Shown here one piece after another: positions 59,651 to 64,000 of a stretch of DNA of 64,000 nt (position 1 is its first letter; the number at the start of each line of letters is the position of its first letter). The DNA is from Octopus vulgaris (taxonomy: Eukaryota). The translations under genes and the position numbers were made by a program. The notes under the pieces were generated by a model. The model ran no database searches and was not told the origin of the DNA. It worked only from the letters and a program-made list of their open reading frames with translations. The stretch covers positions 43,710,001 to 43,774,000 of the forward strand of contig OX597819.1 in NCBI GenBank assembly GCA_951406725.2, in the 5' to 3' direction.

Positions 59651-59777
59651 ATCATCAAAAAGAAGTAATGTGATAGGTTGGTATTTCTATTTTCCTGATG
59701 GCCAGTTGCAAATGCTTTAGACAACCTATTACACAACCGACTGGGAGTTTAACTGTGAAGTATAAACAGCATCTCAA

Positions 59778-59848
<71 letters not shown>

Positions 59849-59982
59849 CACCACCACCACCACCACCACCAAAAGAAGTGGAATCGTTTTGGCAAAATGA
59901 CTCTCCAATGATAAAAATAAATTCCAACAACAGTTTCAAAAATCTTACAAAACAGAAATATATATTCGGTATTGGCGACTGA

Positions 59983-60042
<60 letters not shown>

Positions 60043-60059
60043 TTTATCGTTCGTTTATC

Positions 60060-60269
60060 GTTTACTTGTTTCAGTCATTTGACTGCGGCCATGCTGGAGC
60101 ACCGCATTTAATCGAGCAACTCGACCCCGGGACTTATTCTTTTGTAAGCCCAGTACTTATTCTATCGGTCTCTTTTGCCGAACCGCTAAGTTACGGGGAC
60201 ATAAACACACCAGCATCGGTTGTCAAGCAATGCTAGGGGGACAAACACAGACACACAAACACACACACA

Positions 60270-60312
<43 letters not shown>

Positions 60313-60475
60313 GACGGGCTTCTTTCAGTTTCCGTCTACCAAATCCACTCACAAGGCTTTGGTCGGCCCGAGGCTATAGTAGAAGACACTTCCCCAAGGT
60401 GCCACGCAGTGGGACTGAACCCGGGACCATGTGGTTGGTAAACAAGCTACTTACCACACAGCCACTCCTGCGCCT
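60060..60475 (-). mobile_element. SINE family B, full-length, young
   Basis: Near-identical to the 9525-9935 consensus. Confidence 0.92.
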
Positions 60476-60914
60476 ATATATATCATATCGATATCATATC
60501 ATATTTGTATGTTCACTTTCTTCCCTCCCTCCTCTCTCACACTTTCTCCCCTTCCATCTCTACACTTCTGTGCAGTTACCTGTTCCCGTTTTTGCTGCCC
60601 CCTCTCTGTTCTCTGTGTCTCTGTCTTCCCCCTATCACTTTTCTTCCTTCTCCCTCCTACTACTGACGCGTGACCTATGATCATCGTCTTGTCTTCTTTT
60701 TCAAGCCGACCGTCAAAGCGACCGGTCGTCTTGTCTCTCGTCTCCCACTCCCATCACGTTTCGTTGTCCCTCTGCTAATCCTTTAGAATATTTTCCCGGC
60801 GTTGACCATATTTTCGTCTTTCTGTCTGGGCTGAAGGCCGTATTCTGTTTATTTATTACATTTTGTTCGTATGTTCACATTTTTCGTCCTATTTGTTTTC
60901 GTCTTCATCACAAA

Positions 60915-61330
60915 TGTTGGGTAATGATCGAAAGAGCACGATCGAGAATGCAAGCGGCCGAAATGGGTTTCCTCCGAAGAGTTTCTGGAATAATATTACT
61001 GGACAGGGTGCGTAGCTCGGAGATCAAGGAGTCTCTCCAGATCGAGCCGTTTCTTCTCCGTATTGAGATATCACAGTTCTAGTACTAAGGACATGTGATT
61101 AGAATATCGTGGGAAAGAATCGAAAGGCGAATTATTCAAGCCGAGCCAGCTGACGGGAGACCAAGGGGTGGACAAAAAAACAAGATGGCATGATAATATA
61201 CATAGTCTTAGTTGGTCGCGCTTCGGAATCCAGACAGGGGTGTGTGGGTGGGGAAATCTAATGACTGCTACTTTTTATAGGACTGCACGGAGACTCTATG
61301 CACATGACCTTCCTAGGAATAGTGGGCGGA
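60915..61330 (+). pseudogene. RTE-clade LINE 3' fragment
   Basis: SRMQAAEMGFLRRVSG...LDRVRSSEIKESLQIEPFLLRIE...GHVIRI...GRPRG. Confidence 0.8.
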
Positions 61331-61511
61331 GAAGATGGTGAAAATGGCTGATGGTACCTGCTTACGACTAAATAGATCGAGGCAGTGTCAATGATGGATC
61401 ATATAAAAGCCAAATATATGCGCCCTCGACATACCAACTTGAACTTCTAGCGAGTCAATTTGTAAAAATACAAAATAAAGTCAAATATATATTAATAATA
61501 ATGATGATGAT

Positions 61512-61944
61512 AATCACAGATTTGCTTGTCAGTTGTTTGACCTTAACCAGTTGAGCATGTCCCTTAGTGGCTGACGATATGTGCATCTCTGATCACGAAC
61601 AGAAGTAGTGGGGGAGCATCATGGCCATGTGTTGGGGGGGATTCTTTGGGGTTTGAATAATTCACCTCTGGAAACATGGGTGGTTCTTTCAACATCCTTA
61701 AACAACCCTTATTCAGAGACCTTTTGAGCGGGATGGGCTGCTCAACCTGAAGAAAATTCTAACTGGGCCCCACCTGCAAGGTCATGTGCTGTTTATCTTG
61801 ATATGAGATCACCATGTCGCGCACATATGGTTGTGATGCATGTGCCTGGTGTACCTTTATCAGACGGGTAGTCATGATGGGTATATTGGGCTTCGTATAT
61901 TTTACCCCAGTGTCACTTTGATGGCATGCACTGCTCTCTCACTC

Positions 61945-61945
<1 letters not shown>
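61512..61945. repeat. Unclassified probable interspersed repeat ending at (TAA)n
   Basis: GC-richer island sharply bounded by TAA/TGA tracts; single copy here, so repeat status is inferred. Confidence 0.45.
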
Positions 61946-62009
<64 letters not shown>

Positions 62010-62019
62010 TATAATAAGT

Positions 62020-62810
62020 TTCATAGGGATGTTGAAGATAAGACAGAGAAAAAAGATGGCTATGGATGACTAAAAGCGATTTAAAACCAGAAACGAATGC
62101 TCTAATCTGTGCTGCCCAAGAGCAAGCACGGAGAACAAATTACATTAAATACAGAAGAGATAACACATCAGAAAGTGATAAGTGCAGAATATGTAGACAG
62201 TATCGTGAAACCGTATGGCATATTACTAACCAATGTACGCCACTTGCCCAGAATGAATATAAGAGACGCCATGACAATATATTGGTCACTTTGCAATAAG
62301 TATGGACTTGACAGAGCAAAAAAGTGGTGCGAACATAAACCCGAAGGCATAATCAAAAATGATTATGTAAAAATTATATGGGATTTTATGATTCAGCGCG
62401 ACTGTGAGATAGAGAATAGGCAGCCAGGCATAGTGTTAATTGAGAAAAAAAGCAAACGATACTGGATCATAGATATAGCGTACCCAGCTGACAAGGTATG
62501 CGATAAGGAAGAAAGAAAAGTCGATAGATATGACAGGTTAACGTGGGAGGTTAAGCAGTTGTGGTCGATGAAAAAGGTGGTGGTATTACCAATAATTGTC
62601 GGAGCCCTGGGAACAGTGAGTAAAACTCTTGCGAAGTACATGGAACGAATAGCGGCTGCAATAAGGGTGGAGCACTTGCAGAAAACAACACTGCTTGGAA
62701 CCGCTTGAATATTCCAGATGGTGCTCGAAAAATAAGGGGTGTTACTTTAATTCACTGGTAGTGAATAGCTGGCACCGTAGTACATCTCCAGCGTTAGAAG
62801 CTGTGCAAAG
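62020..62810 (+). mobile_element. 5'-truncated R4/Dong-clade non-LTR retrotransposon (CCHC finger plus restriction-like endonuclease)
   Basis: ICAAQEQA..T...CRICRQYRETVWHITNQC..LAQNEYKRRHD, frameshift, then KIIWDF...QPGIVLIEK...IIDIAYP...K.DRYDRL...VLPIIVGALG. Flanked by (TAA)n on both sides. Confidence 0.92.
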
Positions 62811-62826
62811 ATAATAAATAATAATG

Positions 62827-62887
<61 letters not shown>

Positions 62888-62916
62888 TAATAATAATAAT
62901 GATAATAATAATAATG

Positions 62917-62989
<73 letters not shown>

Positions 62990-63029
62990 TGATGATGATG
63001 ATAATAATAATAATAATAACAATAATAAT

Positions 63030-63583
63030 ACTTTCTATTGGAAGCGCAAGGCCTCAAATTCGGAGGAAGGAATTAAGTCGATGTCCTCGACCCCTGTGTG
63101 TAACTGGTACTAATTTTATCGACCCCGAAAGGATAAGAAGCTAAGTCGACACCGGCGGAATTTGAACTCAGAACATTAAGACAGATGAAATACCCACAAG
63201 AGGCTAAACACAGAGAGAACAAACAAGGACAGACAAACGGATTAAGTCGATCATATCGACCCCAGTGCGTAACTGGTACTTATTTAATCGACCCCGAAAG
63301 GATGAAAGGTAAAGTCGACCTCGGCGGAATTTGAACTCAGAACGTAGCGGCAGACGAAATAACTATTTCTTTATTACCCACAACGGGCTAAACATAGAGG
63401 GGGCAAACAAGGACAGACATAGGTATTAAGTCGATTACATCGACCCCAGTGCGTAACTGGTACTTAATTTATCGACCCCGAAAGGATGAAAGGCAAAGTC
63501 GACCTCGGCGGAATTTGAACTCACAACGTAACGGCAGACGAAATACCGCTAAGCATTTCGCCCGGTGTGCTAACGATTCTGCC
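63030..63583 (-). mobile_element. SINE family A trimer
   Basis: Three bodies joined at ~63193 and ~63363; embedded in (TAA)n. Confidence 0.9.
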
Positions 63584-63647
<64 letters not shown>

Positions 63648-63966
63648 TGATGATAGTAATAATAATAATGAAAATAATAAGTATAAGTATAAAAAAACAA
63701 TACCATTAATAACGACTAAAACTACAAGAACAAGATCAAGAACAACAACACCAACTAAAAGAACAATATTAACAACAATAACGGGAAGAAGCAGAAGAAG
63801 AAGAACAACAACAACAGCATATGAAAATCAAAGCTATTAACTCCAATTTCAATAAGAGCGAGAAGCAGATTAAAAACGATATTATATTACTAACATCAAG
63901 TCTGTAAAGATGGTAGTCTATACATTCATAGTTATTTCAAGAAATACCGTTCTGCATTCATTATTA

Positions 63967-64000
<34 letters not shown>

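Overview
AT-rich, microsatellite-saturated eukaryotic DNA. The repeat families resemble those of octopus/coleoid cephalopod genomes (inference from recall, not a search). No host protein-coding gene is confidently supported: almost all listed ORFs are translations of (TA)n, (CA)n, (TAA)n, (CATA)n or (TCTA)n tracts. The window is a mosaic of: four tRNA-headed SINE families (labelled A-D here); DNA transposon remnants and MITEs (mariner, maT/Tc1-like, Tc2/pogo-like, Merlin-like, hAT); LINE fragments (RTE, L1/Tx1, R4/Dong); a collapsed LTR element; and many Penelope-type terminal repeats. The most notable signals are (i) about ten type-I hammerhead ribozyme motifs from about seven unrelated sequence families, (ii) a Penelope 3' end with a tRNA-like Pol III head between the GIY-YIG stop codon and its hammerhead, (iii) a SINE that repeatedly forms multimers joined at the same internal site, and (iv) one short GC3-rich candidate exon near 33.7 kb. 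Coordinates were read by eye; boundaries of degenerate repeats are approximate.
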